From contig JYFJ02003083.1 of the NCBI GenBank assembly GCA_000934665.2, forward strand, positions 1-46,524: DNA of 46,524 nt, read 5' to 3'. The translations under genes and the position numbers were made by a program. The notes under the pieces were generated by a model that saw nothing but the letters and a program-made list of their open reading frames with translations, ran no database searches and was not told the origin of the DNA. This DNA is from Catajapyx aquilonaris. Lineage: Eukaryota. Positions 1-13,100 of the stretch are shown one piece after another. Every line of letters begins with the position of its first letter. Within the stretch, counting starts at the first letter, position 1.

Positions 1-94
1 ATATGGGTTGCACTTGTTTACATGAGTCATGATTGGTCCGCGGCGTCAACGCGACCAAAAACCAAAACCGTCGACGGCCTGTGTGTATGGGCCT
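1..94. mobile_element. Right end of a probable Harbinger-type MITE cut by the window edge
   Basis: ...GTGTGTATGGGCCT|TAA terminus resembling the other GGCC/TAA elements in the window. Confidence 0.35.
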
Positions 95-904
95 TAAGAT
101 GCGAATTTTTCATGTTTGGTGATGTCATGAGTATAACCAAATAAGTCCACAGTGGACTAGACATGTAGATAGCATTGACCTATAATATTTTGCTTGTTTA
201 TTAGTTGCATCATTTCCAGGCATGAACATCAGACTGGTGAAGACGGCTTGAACACTTCACACAAGAAATCCCTAGTTGCTCCTTGTAAATGACAATTATT
301 GCAATTTAAATGTCCAGCCTCTCAGGTTTCAACGATTATGGGTGTCCACACATTCCCTAGTGATGATTTCTACAACATTGCTTCCATCGATAATGAATCA
401 GGGTTGATTCACAAATAGCTGTGTAAGCTGTGTACGAAAGTCCTCGTGTAAATAAGGTGGATGGTAGATTCTAGGTGAAGCTCAAACAATCCGCATGTAA
501 CTCCTGAAGGAATCGTGCATCATTTATGCAACCATAGAGCAGGAGCAATGCGTATCGACAACTGTTAACAATGAAACTAACAATTAAGCGCCTCTGATGT
601 AAGCGGCACCATGAGCTTTTAGACAGAATGCTTGATCCCTATGGCGGTTGAAACTATTTATTGCAAGTTGTACCTGTGGTCCACACTCCAGTAGCACGAA
701 ACGCCCTGCGACAGCCTATGGATATCTATATATACTGGATATTTCGATATCCATAGGATGTCACTGTGCTATACTTGGGCAGGTACTTATATTACTACCT
801 AATTATTCTCATAACCACAGTGTAATAGCAGGTTATGACAAAAAAAATTAATAACAAAACTATTTTTAAATGTGTTTTTAATACTTTTGAAATGGAACAG
901 AACA

Positions 905-1017
905 GCAAAGGTCATTGACCTCGCGGCCACTAGTCCGCCATATTGGATCTGCCAGTGACGTCATCTCGCATTCGATTGGTCCGCCATGTTTGTTCTAGTA
1001 AAAAGCAAGATGGCGGC
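905..1017 (+). promoter_or_regulatory. Proximal promoter of the LRMP/KASH5-like gene: IR-1 palindrome, CRE, inverted CCAAT boxes, YY1-type site
   Basis: AGGTCA-T-TGACCT at 909-921, TGACGTCA at 956-963, ATTGG at 942 and 975, AAGATGGCGGC spanning the ATG. Confidence 0.55.
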
Positions 1018-1171
1018 CATGGACATATTCGACGTTCCATTTCTCCATAGTTATCCCGAGAAAAAGGAAAAGATAGCGTTATCGGGCGTCGAAAACCCAA
1101 GGGAGATATTCCTTCCCGCTTCTCCCTCCTCCTCCTCCGCCTCCGGCAACTACCCCATAGCCATGCAGCAG
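1010..1171 (+). CDS. LRMP/KASH5-like gene, exon 1 (MAAMDIFDVPF...AMQQ)
   Basis: ATG in CAAGATGGCG context, CAG|GTGCGT donor, CpG-rich promoter directly upstream. Confidence 0.65.
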
Positions 1172-4100
1172 GTGCGTATGTAAGGTAGATAGACACGTCA
1201 AGGACGGACGGACGTGTTGTGTTCGGAGAGAGAGAGGCTTTTGGCCATGTTTTTGCTGTGTTTAATAGGCCCCTAGCAGTGCGGCGGTGCTGATGATGGA
1301 CCGGGACGTGTACGAGGGACACGGGGAGAGCCAGGCGGGCGTCGGGAGCGTCGCCACCGTCGTCAGGAAGCAACACCAGGTCAAGGACATACTCGGACTC
1401 TCAGGTATATAGCCTTTGGGGCACCCGCACAGTAACTGGACCCGTTCCAGACCCGATCCGATACAGTGTTGCCAATGCACATCCCGTTGTTTAGTTAAAT
1501 TGAAGCAGTGTTGCCAACCCAGATTATCTCAAACATTCAGGAAAGTGTACCTGGTCCGGACCCGGTCTGGTTTTCTGGGCAGGAAACATTTTTTTGGGCC
1601 TTCAGTACAAAAAGTTCTGATAAGCCTATGAGAATATTTTAAAACAATGGGTGGAATTTTCGTCCCATTGCTAGTTACTGCTAACTTAGTAGTACCATTG
1701 CCAACACTGGCACTGCTAACTTAGCAGTAACTAGCAGTGAGACAAAAATTCCACAATTGTGTTTCCTTGGATATCCTCTATTTGTTATGTAATTGACCTC
1801 CTATTATTAGTAGGCAGGATAATTACATGACTAATTTTGTGCATTTTCAAAATAGTTGCTAGCCTGCTTGATACGCTGTCAAATCAAAGATAACCCAAGA
1901 TGTAGACAGTAGCCTATATAAGGTTGACCTTATCACAGATTACAGATGATACTGGCAATGTTGTGCTGCTGGATGATTTCGCTGCTGTCTAGGTAGAGTG
2001 TATGTAACAAAGGTGTCCATGCACAGATGCAGGATTACACTATAATTACCTGAACTGATTTTACTGCCCTGTTGTGCATAAGTGGGGAGGAAATAAATAT
2101 CAAATTGCGCACTAGGTTGTGGTGTTGCAATAGACTTCAAATTGTTCCATATTTTAGTAGGTTACATAACTTACACCATTTCCTATACATCGCTATATGT
2201 CATGATATTTCCAAACTATGGAATAGGATAGCCTGCTATTACAGGTATAATTCCGAACAATGCCCTCTAACAAAGTAATTGCTCATGTAGAACAGCAAAT
2301 AAAAAGGACAAAAACAATATTTTGTTGCCAGATCTTGTAGCCTAATTGAATGACAATCGATTCTGCGTTATTGTGACTCACATGTGTCATTTAATAGAGT
2401 ACATCATGCCTGCTTTTATGTGCATGGATTCATTGCTTCAATCCTGATAGCTCTAATTACGATCGGATTTTTGGCTATGGCTATCTGCGAATGCCTCTGT
2501 GGAGGAGTTACGGCCGTTTGCAAGTAAACGCTTCATTAAGTGAAATTAAGGATTGCGCAATATTTTATTCCCCCGGGGGCGCAGGTAATAAGTTATTATT
2601 TTAGGTGGAGGTAATATGACTGCGGACACAACCTCATCCATATGCTAAATATAAATTTTTAAAGATGCAATCGGGCCGAAGAAAAAAAACTGAGCCTTAT
2701 TATTTGCCATTTCTATAAAAACTTGTGTTTAAAAATGTGCCCCCTCCAGTCTCCTAATGAGACCTTCTTTAAGTTCTAATTTGTAATTTCTGATTGCAAA
2801 TTAAACCGATTGTAACCCGCCTTGAATCTCATAAATATTAATTGCTCCTCTTTTGCCAATTTGGCTTTTATTTTTCCCATTGAGTATAGTCATACTTATC
2901 ATGCCTCTTTTTTCCAGTTGTATATGAAAGCAAATTAAGAGGAAGTCTCCAATTTGCCGAATTGTGCATTGTGAATACCCATACATAATCGAGGAATTTC
3001 TTTAATTTGCTTTCATACTGTACAACCGGCCCGCGGACCTTCAAGCCCGGCGAAAAATAGGCGTCCTACAGATGCCCTCTCTCATTTGCTAGTAATTCTT
3101 CTTGTAGGAAAATGAACGGAGAATGTTGCGCTGATGAAAATTACCCCGCTGTGGAAACGAGAAAAAAATAAACCATCGCGTCGTATCAGTTTTCAACAGA
3201 TGGCCTATATGGAGACAAATAAAAATGATAAAGCCTATAAAAGAAATAATTGAGGAAAGAATGCCAAAAACATTCTGCTCTTTATTATGCAGATTGTTGC
3301 AAAGTGTAAACGATCCGTAACTGTGGGCAGCATGAGATAATGCCCCACCCTGTGTGGCTGTTTTCCTATTAATTTTATCCCATCAGACATGGCGTGAAGA
3401 GAATTATTAGAACTTAGTTCTCATCTGTAAAATGCTGCAGAGAAATATGCCATGAGCATCACGTGCATACTTATGCTATAATTATTGCTGAAGCGTTATT
3501 CGATATCCCTTTCGGAATTCAGCGTCGATTATTATTAGGTTGCACAGTTTCCATAATTACCAATTAATATAGCTTGTTTTACTGTGATACGATTTACTTA
3601 ATAACTCACCTGCAAAACCAGCGATTTAAAAATATGTGCATAAGAAAGTGGCTTATGGCACACTCCTAAAATGATGTAATATTAGAGCAATTATTATGGA
3701 TCGAATGGGCCAACTTATTGTTCCCGCACACACCATTTCCAAGGCTCCGTGAAATTTACTGTTTGTTTTATGTCGGAGTTTGTCAGCACTACAAGCAGCA
3801 CTGAATCACTGTACGTGTTGACAAGCGCAGTACAATGAACAATAAAAAAAACGCCACGTCAAACATTTATTTATTTTTCCTACATCAGTTTTTAGCAAAT
3901 TGTGACTTTAAGATTGAAATTGAAACAAATCCATCTGAGGATTTTTTTTGAAGGACAGTTTGAGAATGGCCCCCATGGTGAACTCATTGGTGTTATCTGG
4001 CCTTTAGAAGTGAAGGAATCCCAGATAAAAGTAATCCACCGATTGGCCAGGTTAAGCTTACTTGTGGGAGCCTCGCAAAATGATGACAGTTCTTTTGCCC

Positions 4101-7100
4101 TCGTAATTTTAGTTGATGCAGATGCCTCCAAAAATGTATACAGACTGAGAATGGTACCGACGTAATATGACTTTAATTGTTAGATAGATTGCCGGTATTT
4201 TCACACTCTTCGTTGCCCGTTGAGATGTCAGTACTATTTCAAGGATGGATGCTTTTTATTGGTGTAACGTGTGCTATTGATGGCTGATGGGTTATATAAA
4301 CCGGAAATGACACGTCCAATGATAGAATAATGCAAGGAAATGCAAGTTTTTGTTATATCCACATTCCTTGATGTATAGGATGTGGTGCGTTGCCCGAGTC
4401 TACTACTGTTCAAGGGTGGGACAGGGGATGGGAGAGGAGTATAGTATGTTAAGTAGACTATTGTTCATTCCAGAAACCAGTTTAACGACAAAAACCTGTT
4501 GGACACTACAATCTTGTTGTGATGAAAATCTTATCATTAGAACGTTGCATTTTTGGAGTAAACCATAACTTTTTCACTTCACCTTCTTCTTGAAATGCAA
4601 CCACCTTGGGAAATGCACCACCGCACATGATAATGGATGCGATGGATGCATTGGTTTTCTGTACCAATCACCTTACCTGCCATGAAAAACATGCATGGTG
4701 GCGTAACTCCCTGCATAAATTACTCCATTACAACATTTTAGTGTGCCATCAGCATAAATGGATATTCTTGGTCCTCGCTTGTCAGCAGTGCAATAACCTA
4801 CATGCAAGTGGTACTTTCCTAAATTATGTATGCAGCAGCCAATTATTTATTTTTTGCATCGAGTCTCTGACCTTGTAGCCACGAAAATTCACTCAGCATC
4901 TGTGCACATGTATATGAGACGACATAAATAGTTGTAGTGAGAGCCCTGAAAAGCCCATCAATATCACGCTATAATGGCACTCCTATTGAGCAGGTGTTAT
5001 TATTGTGTCAGCTGCACACGTGTCTTCTTCTGAATCCACATGTGCAGGGTATACCATATACTTTCCCCAGTTCACAATCATGCGGAAGAGGTTGTGGATT
5101 GTTTACTCCACCAACTAGTTTGTATTTAGGACCACTTCATTAGAGTTTGGCGGAGAAAACAATCCGGGTATTCAGTGTTACACAACAATGAGGCAACATT
5201 AGCTGTCATTTCAGAAGATGCGGTGTCGGAAGCTGCTTTCGAAAGCTGCGAACTGGGTCGAACCGGAGCGGCCTCCGTGACATGTCTTCTGCAATGCCTG
5301 CAGGAACTCCTGCATGTTGATCTGGATCAACTGCAAGGCATTCACGAGGCCCTCCTGCAGGTCTCCTTGCCCTTCGAGGACGACCAGGAGGCTGCTGTGC
5401 GCTGGGATGACTTCCAGCCTCTGGTCACCAGGTGGATGACACCTCTTCTGGCATCCAGGCAAGGATGGACCGCAGCTTGTTGCATAGTGCTCCATAATGA
5501 TTCAGTCAATGTTTGAGTGGGATGGAGCCTATAAGCAACAAAGCCTCTCTGGCTATTGTACTACTGTGCAGTGTGGGATCCTTGGCACAAAGGCGAATAT
5601 TTTATGGTGTCATTTAGCTTCCACTGCCTCTTTACTGAAATGATAATCGTTAAGTGCAGTATAAGTTATCCATAGCAAAAAAAAGCTGCCTTCTGCATTT
5701 AACGACATAGTAGTTAAAACCAAAAGTTCATCATTGCACTTATTTTGAGCCAGAGTTCAATGTCTTTTGTAGGGACTCTTCCCATGATATTTATGGCTGT
5801 CCTTAAAGCCTTTAATTAGTAACGAGACTGCTCGGACAAAATGAGCCTTACACGTAAAAGGATTCAGTAGCTGGCAGTAACGCAACCATTGTTGAAGTCA
5901 TTATGAAACACCCTGTACCCTGATTGCTATCTTTATGGCACCGATTGATAAGATGTGTCGTTGCAAATATTGATGTTTAGGAGAGCCCAAGAAGAGGTAT
6001 CGGAAGATTCGTCAGAAGTTTATTCGCCTCCGAACGGGATGAGCGAGTCATTTCCAGATGAGGAAACCATTCCAAACGGAGATCTACTAGACGAAATGGT
6101 GACCTCCAACGAAGCCAAGTTATGGTACGTGCATTTCGCAAAGTTTTTCGTTTCCGCGTTGTGTTAGCAAGCAGCAGTTCTGTACGACTTTTCCGCTTAT
6201 ATATTACGTGAGCCAGTGATATTGGCACACTTTATTGGTCTATACTAGGGGAGCGATATATCCTAATAAGAGATATCGCAGGTGTCGCTACCAACTTTTC
6301 TTGTCCCAATATGGTTGGATTTTTCTGGTCGATGAATGTAGATGTACTGCTAGAACATTAATTCTCAAAAAGCTCACTGCAATCACATGTAGTTACGAAT
6401 ACGCTGTAATGCTAATTCCTGATGGAAAGTAATTACATGCAATTAGGCGAGAATTGAAATCAGGTGTGTAATTGACATGGGCGTGGTTATCAATTAACCG
6501 GACCTTTATTGAAGAACATCTTCTTGAATGGAATGGATCTGCTCATGCGCAACAGCGAATAATATAACTTCTGAATTTTTGATTGCTCCTTGAAATTGTT
6601 GATCCAATTACAGGTCGAGGCAGATTAGCTTGGAAGAGGAGACGTCTGAGTTACGTCACAAAAACAGCCGTCTTCAGGAGGACGTGAAGCAGACACGTCA
6701 GCAGCTGATACTACTAGAGGAGGCATCAGTTTCGCTGCAGGAAGAACTGCAGGAATCCCGAAGACTCGTGCTGGTGTTCAAAGAAGCGGCCGAAAAGTCC
6801 AAGAAGTCCGAGGAAGAAGCGGAGGCTCGTATGGCCCATGGAAATACTTTGCAGAGCGAGCTGCAGGATCACGTGGCGCACCTGCAAAAGGACCTGCAGG
6901 ACTACAAGGAGGAGGCCGCCGAGGCTGGAAGGAAGTTCCAGGCTGAGAAGGAGAGACGATTGCACCTGGAAAAGAGAGAAGCGTTACTGAGTGGTCAGCT
7001 TCTGGCCTGCCGGACCCAGCTGCAGGCATTGAAGGAGGTGTGTCGCCTTCAGGATCAAAAGGCCGAGTCGCGAGAGAAGGAGCTGCAGGACAGCCTGGAG

Positions 7101-10100
7101 GACATGGCCCTCCAAAACCAGAAACTCAAGCACGAAATTGCTGATTTGGAGCACTCGTTTAAGACGTCCGGGAGCCCTTCACCACCTGCTGAAGACTCAC
7201 AACCCAGCTCTCTACACGCAGAAATCAGCTCAGTTCTCTCTCAGGTCAGAACGACACCAAATATTACAGGCTATCACAGGCCAATTGGAATATTCCTAAT
7301 AAACCACTAAAGAACTGAAGACCTCGGGGGAAGAACGATCAAGGTCCACCTCATGTGACACTGAGATATCGCAATTTAAAATTTCGAAGGCCCATAAGAG
7401 TCTAATGTAAATCCCACTTTCGGAGCCTTCCATATTGTACTATATATGATCATTACTCCACAACCACAACTACACTAGTGAAACTATCTTCTGAGATACT
7501 GTATGTAACTCATTTTTGGCAAAAAGTTGGACCTTGTTCCCTCGAGGTCTTCAATATAGTCAGCATAGGGGGGATATAAATCAATCAAACGCTCGTGTGA
7601 CTTATCCCATTTATACAATTAGGACGTGATTATAATTGATTGTGTCAATTTTTTAATCATCTTACAGGACGAGGACGCCATAAAGCCATCACCTTTGCTG
7701 GGCAAGGTTGTGTCCGAGGAAAGAGCAAGTTCCAAAGCAATGGTAAGTATCTCGCAATCGAACCAGTGCTGCTCATATACTAACCTCTTCAATAATCCTG
7801 CAGGTGAATGGCATCTCCACAGTCGCGCTCAACGGATTCGGTAAGACAAAAGCCGCGCCATATTTTTTGGACAGTTTAAAACAATTTTTTTTTTCTGCCA
7901 ATTTTATTATCAGAGGAAGATTCGGAACCTTGCAATGAGTCTGAGCTTGTGTCTGCCCTTGCGCAAGGCTTGGTCCGCATGCGTCGGGAAGCATACTCTG
8001 CTCTGCGCAGAGTGTTGCGGTGAGTCATTTGCACATAATCCCATGGTGTACGGGTGTGAGTGAGAGTGAGGGGACAAGTCACACACATGGAGAGGCGGAG
8101 GAGGAGGAGGGGGACGCTGGGCTGTCAGATGGGGCAGCCATGAGGGCCCGACATGGACCATGGGCACCTGCCCTTCCTGCCTTCAAAGGTACACGGGTCG
8201 CATGAGAACGCGTAGGTGGGATAGAGAGAAGGAGAGCCTCTTTCAGACAGGTCCATGGCAACCGCACCCAGTAGCAGCATCCAGACGAGATCGATACCTT
8301 TCGGCTCTCTCCGCAGCTTCCAAACAGGAGGGGAGGAGGCTTTTTTTCCCGCGAAAAATACGGTACTCGGTATGCCGCATTGGGCACGATATGGTTTATT
8401 CGGGCGTGGAAGTCACCATTGTCACAAGTCCGTATATGCATTGCAATGAGCCATATTCAAGGAGTCGTGAGAGGGACTCAGTTTAATAGCATCGGGGGCA
8501 CAATATAATGCTAAAGTGGATCAGCTCAATTCGGTCTATGATGAAAAAATGAAGGGTTAATTCCATAACGAGCATACGCCATAAAATAATTGAGCTGCAA
8601 TAACGCGCGATTGCCCGAAGCCTACCCGACGCCGCGCCGGGGCGTCAGGGAAAATACGGCTAATTTATTGATGTGTTTAATTATGCAGAAATATCGCAGT
8701 ACAGTGCTGTCCAAAGAGGCTAACCTCCCGTGGCCTTAATTACATTATTACCACACCACACCCAGATATCAAAGATGCTTCCATCCTCCTTAACATTTTA
8801 CGTCCTAATTATTGTTCGGCATACTTGCCTGTACAGTATATTTGGTATTTAAAACCTATTTGGTGCATGTGCACGTGTATTGTGTGCATCAAAAAAGCCT
8901 CTTTAGAAGCTGCGTTGAGATCATCCCTGATTCTGATCCGGCTAATTGGGTCAGTGGATTATTGAGGTTAATGCTTGGTTATCTGAACAACGCGAGCTTA
9001 TTACGAAGTTCGTATCCGGACGAAAAGGCTCGCATCGAGCGTGTCACCGAGAGTAAAACTTTTCTCTCTGTTCAAAAATCCATCAAGAATGTTAACCACT
9101 GTGAAACTTTCGAAACTAACGCCTCCTAAGACGGCTCAGTTCCCTCCTAAGAGGCTTATAAGGAAAGGTACGATCATTTAAAAAGTCATAAAGCACAGAG
9201 CAAATGGCAAAGACTCTCTCACCCGGTAATCTATTATCATGAGCGGATGTCCGTATCTCAAAATGTTAACAGGAACTGCACCATAAAATTGATAGAGCTG
9301 CATTGCATAACTTGCGCAGAAGAAAGCACCCTCTTTTGTATATACAGGCAGGTTAGTGCTCACGGTATTTGATTTTGCCATAATTTTGGAGGAGTTGACA
9401 CGAATATTGCGATTCTGGAAGAATAACTTGGTATACAGTGCTGCTCATCATGTATAGGCGGAAAAGAGCCTGCGGGGGATATTTTTGTTCCACAATTTTG
9501 AAATGACAGATTATGGCTGGATGTCAGTAGACTAGACGAATCCCCAGGGGCAAGCTGATTGGCCATCCAAGCTTGGACAGCTAATCACATATCGCACCTC
9601 TGGGAAATGCACTCTTTGCGAGGCGTACCCTTCCGTAAACCTAGTTAAACATAGAGGGGGAAAAAAAGTTCAAATAGAGTACTTGAAGTTATCCTTTTTT
9701 TTAAACCCCCTTGCGGTGTCTGTATGGCATCGGATTCTTTTGTTGCGCTGAGAGGCATCGTTACTCGACCCTTTTGTGGTCGAAATTGTGCAGTTTCACG
9801 TCTAAAGACTTGCTCAACTCCGGAACCCAGCAATATAGACATGGAGGAAATTGGACGGGTTGTTTCCGCCAGCTCAAGAATTCAGGGGACGTAACAATTA
9901 CACATTAATGTGGGTTTGATTGTTGCAAACTGACAAAAGAAACAACTTACATTTGGTACTGGGTTAAACAATCGCAACATCTTCCACTTCAATTCTGTTG
10001 GACTATATGCACCTCTCTGTAGAATACATGCTGTGACAATATAATTTCTTTTTCAGCGCCACAGTGGCGATGCGGGACAAGGGGGTCCACGACGACGCCA

Positions 10101-13100
10101 ACGACGCCCAGGTGACCACGCGAGAATGCGAGGTAAGAGGTCATTATTATAATGCAAGCGAATCATTCTCGTATATAAACAACAAAAATTGCATCGTATT
10201 TGGCTGGGACGACGCTGCTAAGTTGCATAGGTACAGCGGGAGTAATAATTGTGATTCCTTGATGTCTGGTGCCTTAAGAATCAATCTCCTTTACTGCCAC
10301 TTATAAAGAGAGCGATAACAGCGAACGCCCTCAAGATATTGGAAGTTTTCTAGGGCAATATAAAGTTCCCTGGAACTTTTGATCCACAGTAGGTTTTTCT
10401 TCCTCCTGCCCTCTCTGAACGAAGCACTTTGCTGGTGCTGTTTTTTTGTTCACAGGTCGATAGGAATGTTTCCTTCGTGAAAGGCCTCTTACGTGTTGCA
10501 AGTTTTATGCTTTTTCTTGGCCAATATTTATGACATTATCCATTAGATTTTGTCGGAGGAGGCTCCTGTGGTTCTAAGAATTAAAAATTTCTCGTAAAAT
10601 ATTGCAACGAACTGTTACACCAGGGGACTGCTTATTCGTATGGCATTCCAGCTCATTTGTAACATGACAACAATATTATCATGCATAACATAACGTAACA
10701 TTAAGTTTTATTCTATATAACTGCTGGCAAGCTGTTATTAATTTGTTTCTCCACTTTTCCTATATAGGAACTTGAAATCATGCGAACACACTATCTCTTT
10801 ATTAGTATTCATCCTTGTTTAAACTAAAATAGTGCGGGAAAGGGGTCATCAGACTTCTCTGAGCTTTAAGTCCTCTCCCTCCGGCGTCGCAATCAATAAA
10901 ACACGAAATCTTGCGCTGAATACCCAAACTGTACGTGGGGCTATAAGTAAGTGAGGATATATACCTGTTTGGTTATTCCGGGAAAGATTTCATGACTTTT
11001 ATATTGCGGCAGTAAAAGGCAGAACCCAAATACATCGAGAGTTACGATGACCACTATCATCTTCGTCCAGCATTTCAAGCCTGGTTGTTTCAGGGACGGC
11101 AGACCCTGGACGTCGAACTTTTTTTTACAGTTGAAAGTTCGTTTTACCAATTTGCCAGAAAACACTGATATCCCTGCCATTAACGTGATTCGAATCTGAC
11201 AATATTGATGTTTGTGCTGGGCTTTCCTGATTCATTGACTTATTGGCTTACTTTTATCATATAGTCAATCAGTAGGACTCGTATACCAGACGAACTCTAT
11301 AATTGCACCAGGTGTTTCAAAATGATTCAGACGAACCTATTTGAAGAACCGCCCCGTTGGGTGAAAAATTTATGCACCTATGATTTGCGTCTCCGAAGCA
11401 TATAACTCCGACAATTTCAGGAGGCAGCAGTGTCGGCACTGTCGTCGTCGAGTGCAGGCGAGGTGCGTGCGCAGGTGCGTAAGGAACTGGCCGCCCTTTC
11501 GGCCCAGATCCAACGCACCGAGGCCCTCCTGTCTGCCCTGGGCCCGCCCTCGGGCGCCTCCTCTTCCGCCTCGCCCCTGCCACCCAAGCGACTCTCCCCT
11601 TCCCTGGACTCCGACGCCCGCGACGCCAACAGCAAATTGCAGCAGCGTCGCGATGGCTGCACCTCCAGCTCCAGCGGAGGCAACCTGGTCGGGGCCAAAA
11701 GCTGCCCTGCCCTGGTGGTGGCCTGTGTCGCCACCCAAACCGAAGCTGCCGAGGCGAAGGACGCCGCCGACGCCGCCGGAGCCACCGCCACCTCTCCCAA
11801 GAGGGCCAGGAGCTGGAGCTTCATCGCAGCCATCCAAGGCGCTACACATAACGTGAGATATACTGCCGTCCGCCCATATCTTTACAGCTTCCCAAACTGC
11901 ACTGCAAAACGACTCAAGGACCGGTTTTACTGCCTCATTGTTTAAACAGTGAAGGCTATTGCTTTACGGCTGCAGGCCGATCATATGGGGCTCAAGGTTC
12001 AGCAGCTAATATTCAAATGACAACTGAAAGTAGCTGCTTACTGTGGAGGGAAAATTGCTATAATGCAAATAATGGAACACGCTGTACCTTCGTGACGGTA
12101 CCCAGTGCATCCCTCTGAGGTCACTCTTTGCAGAAATTCCAGTTTTTGAAATCTCAATATGTTCAATAGATATTTGCACTTGAATTTGACCAGCTGACTC
12201 GTCCGCCACAAACCGGTGAGAATTTGAATCAACAATTTTTCTTTGATAAATAAAAGTGACCAATACTGGCAAAAACTTGCCAAAACCGCGGAGTTTGCGC
12301 AACCAAATGTTTATTCTCCCACCGGATTTGCATAGGGGGGCCTCCCTGGTTGCGTCACTTGTCCACGTGAATGATGCTTGTCTACACACACCCATCAGTA
12401 TTAATAGCCAAAGAGCTAGCAGTTCACTTGCGGTGGCAGAAGGTGAAAGGTCGAGAGGTTAGGCCGCGGCAATTGAAAGAAAAAGCCGAGCCGTAAAAAT
12501 AATCCCCGCGTATTTACTGTGGGGCCGTCAGTCTATCTCGCAAAGATGTGTGTGACGTCACCAGGGCGGGCTCTCCACCTATTGTGCTCGCATGTTACAC
12601 ACACACTGCGCCCCTTATCCGAGACGGAATCGCCTACTTGTATTAACTATTATTGCTTCGCCTGCAGGAGCAGCCGGTTCTGTCCGAGTTCCGCAACCAC
12701 GAGACGGACCAGGTGGACTACTTCTCTCAGCCGGAGCCCTTCGACGTCTGCGACGCTGTACTCATGGAGGAGGAGGACGACCTGAGGTCAGTCTTGTAGG
12801 GGCAGATATTGGTGCTCCAGTGACATTGAAGTAGACTATCAGAGAATCCATCAGGAAACTATACAAGGCATACAGAGGCCGAAGAAACACTGAGAAAACA
12901 GCCATTTAAATGTTGCTGAACACGTGCAATCTCCATGATGGTTGCATTGTTATCTGAGGACGGCTTAGACTTCGCTGACAGTTAAATCTCTTGATCTCGT
13001 CATCACGCACAGCACAAGTACCACGTTGCGCCACACTCCTGACAAGAGTATATCGGTGCGTAGCATCTTCCAGGAATTGTATGGCACCCTTGATCCGATC

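Noticed and set aside
11317..11856. Several long overlapping ORFs on both strands
   Set aside because: Shadow frames of GC-rich exon 10; only the 11421 frame is splice-compatible.
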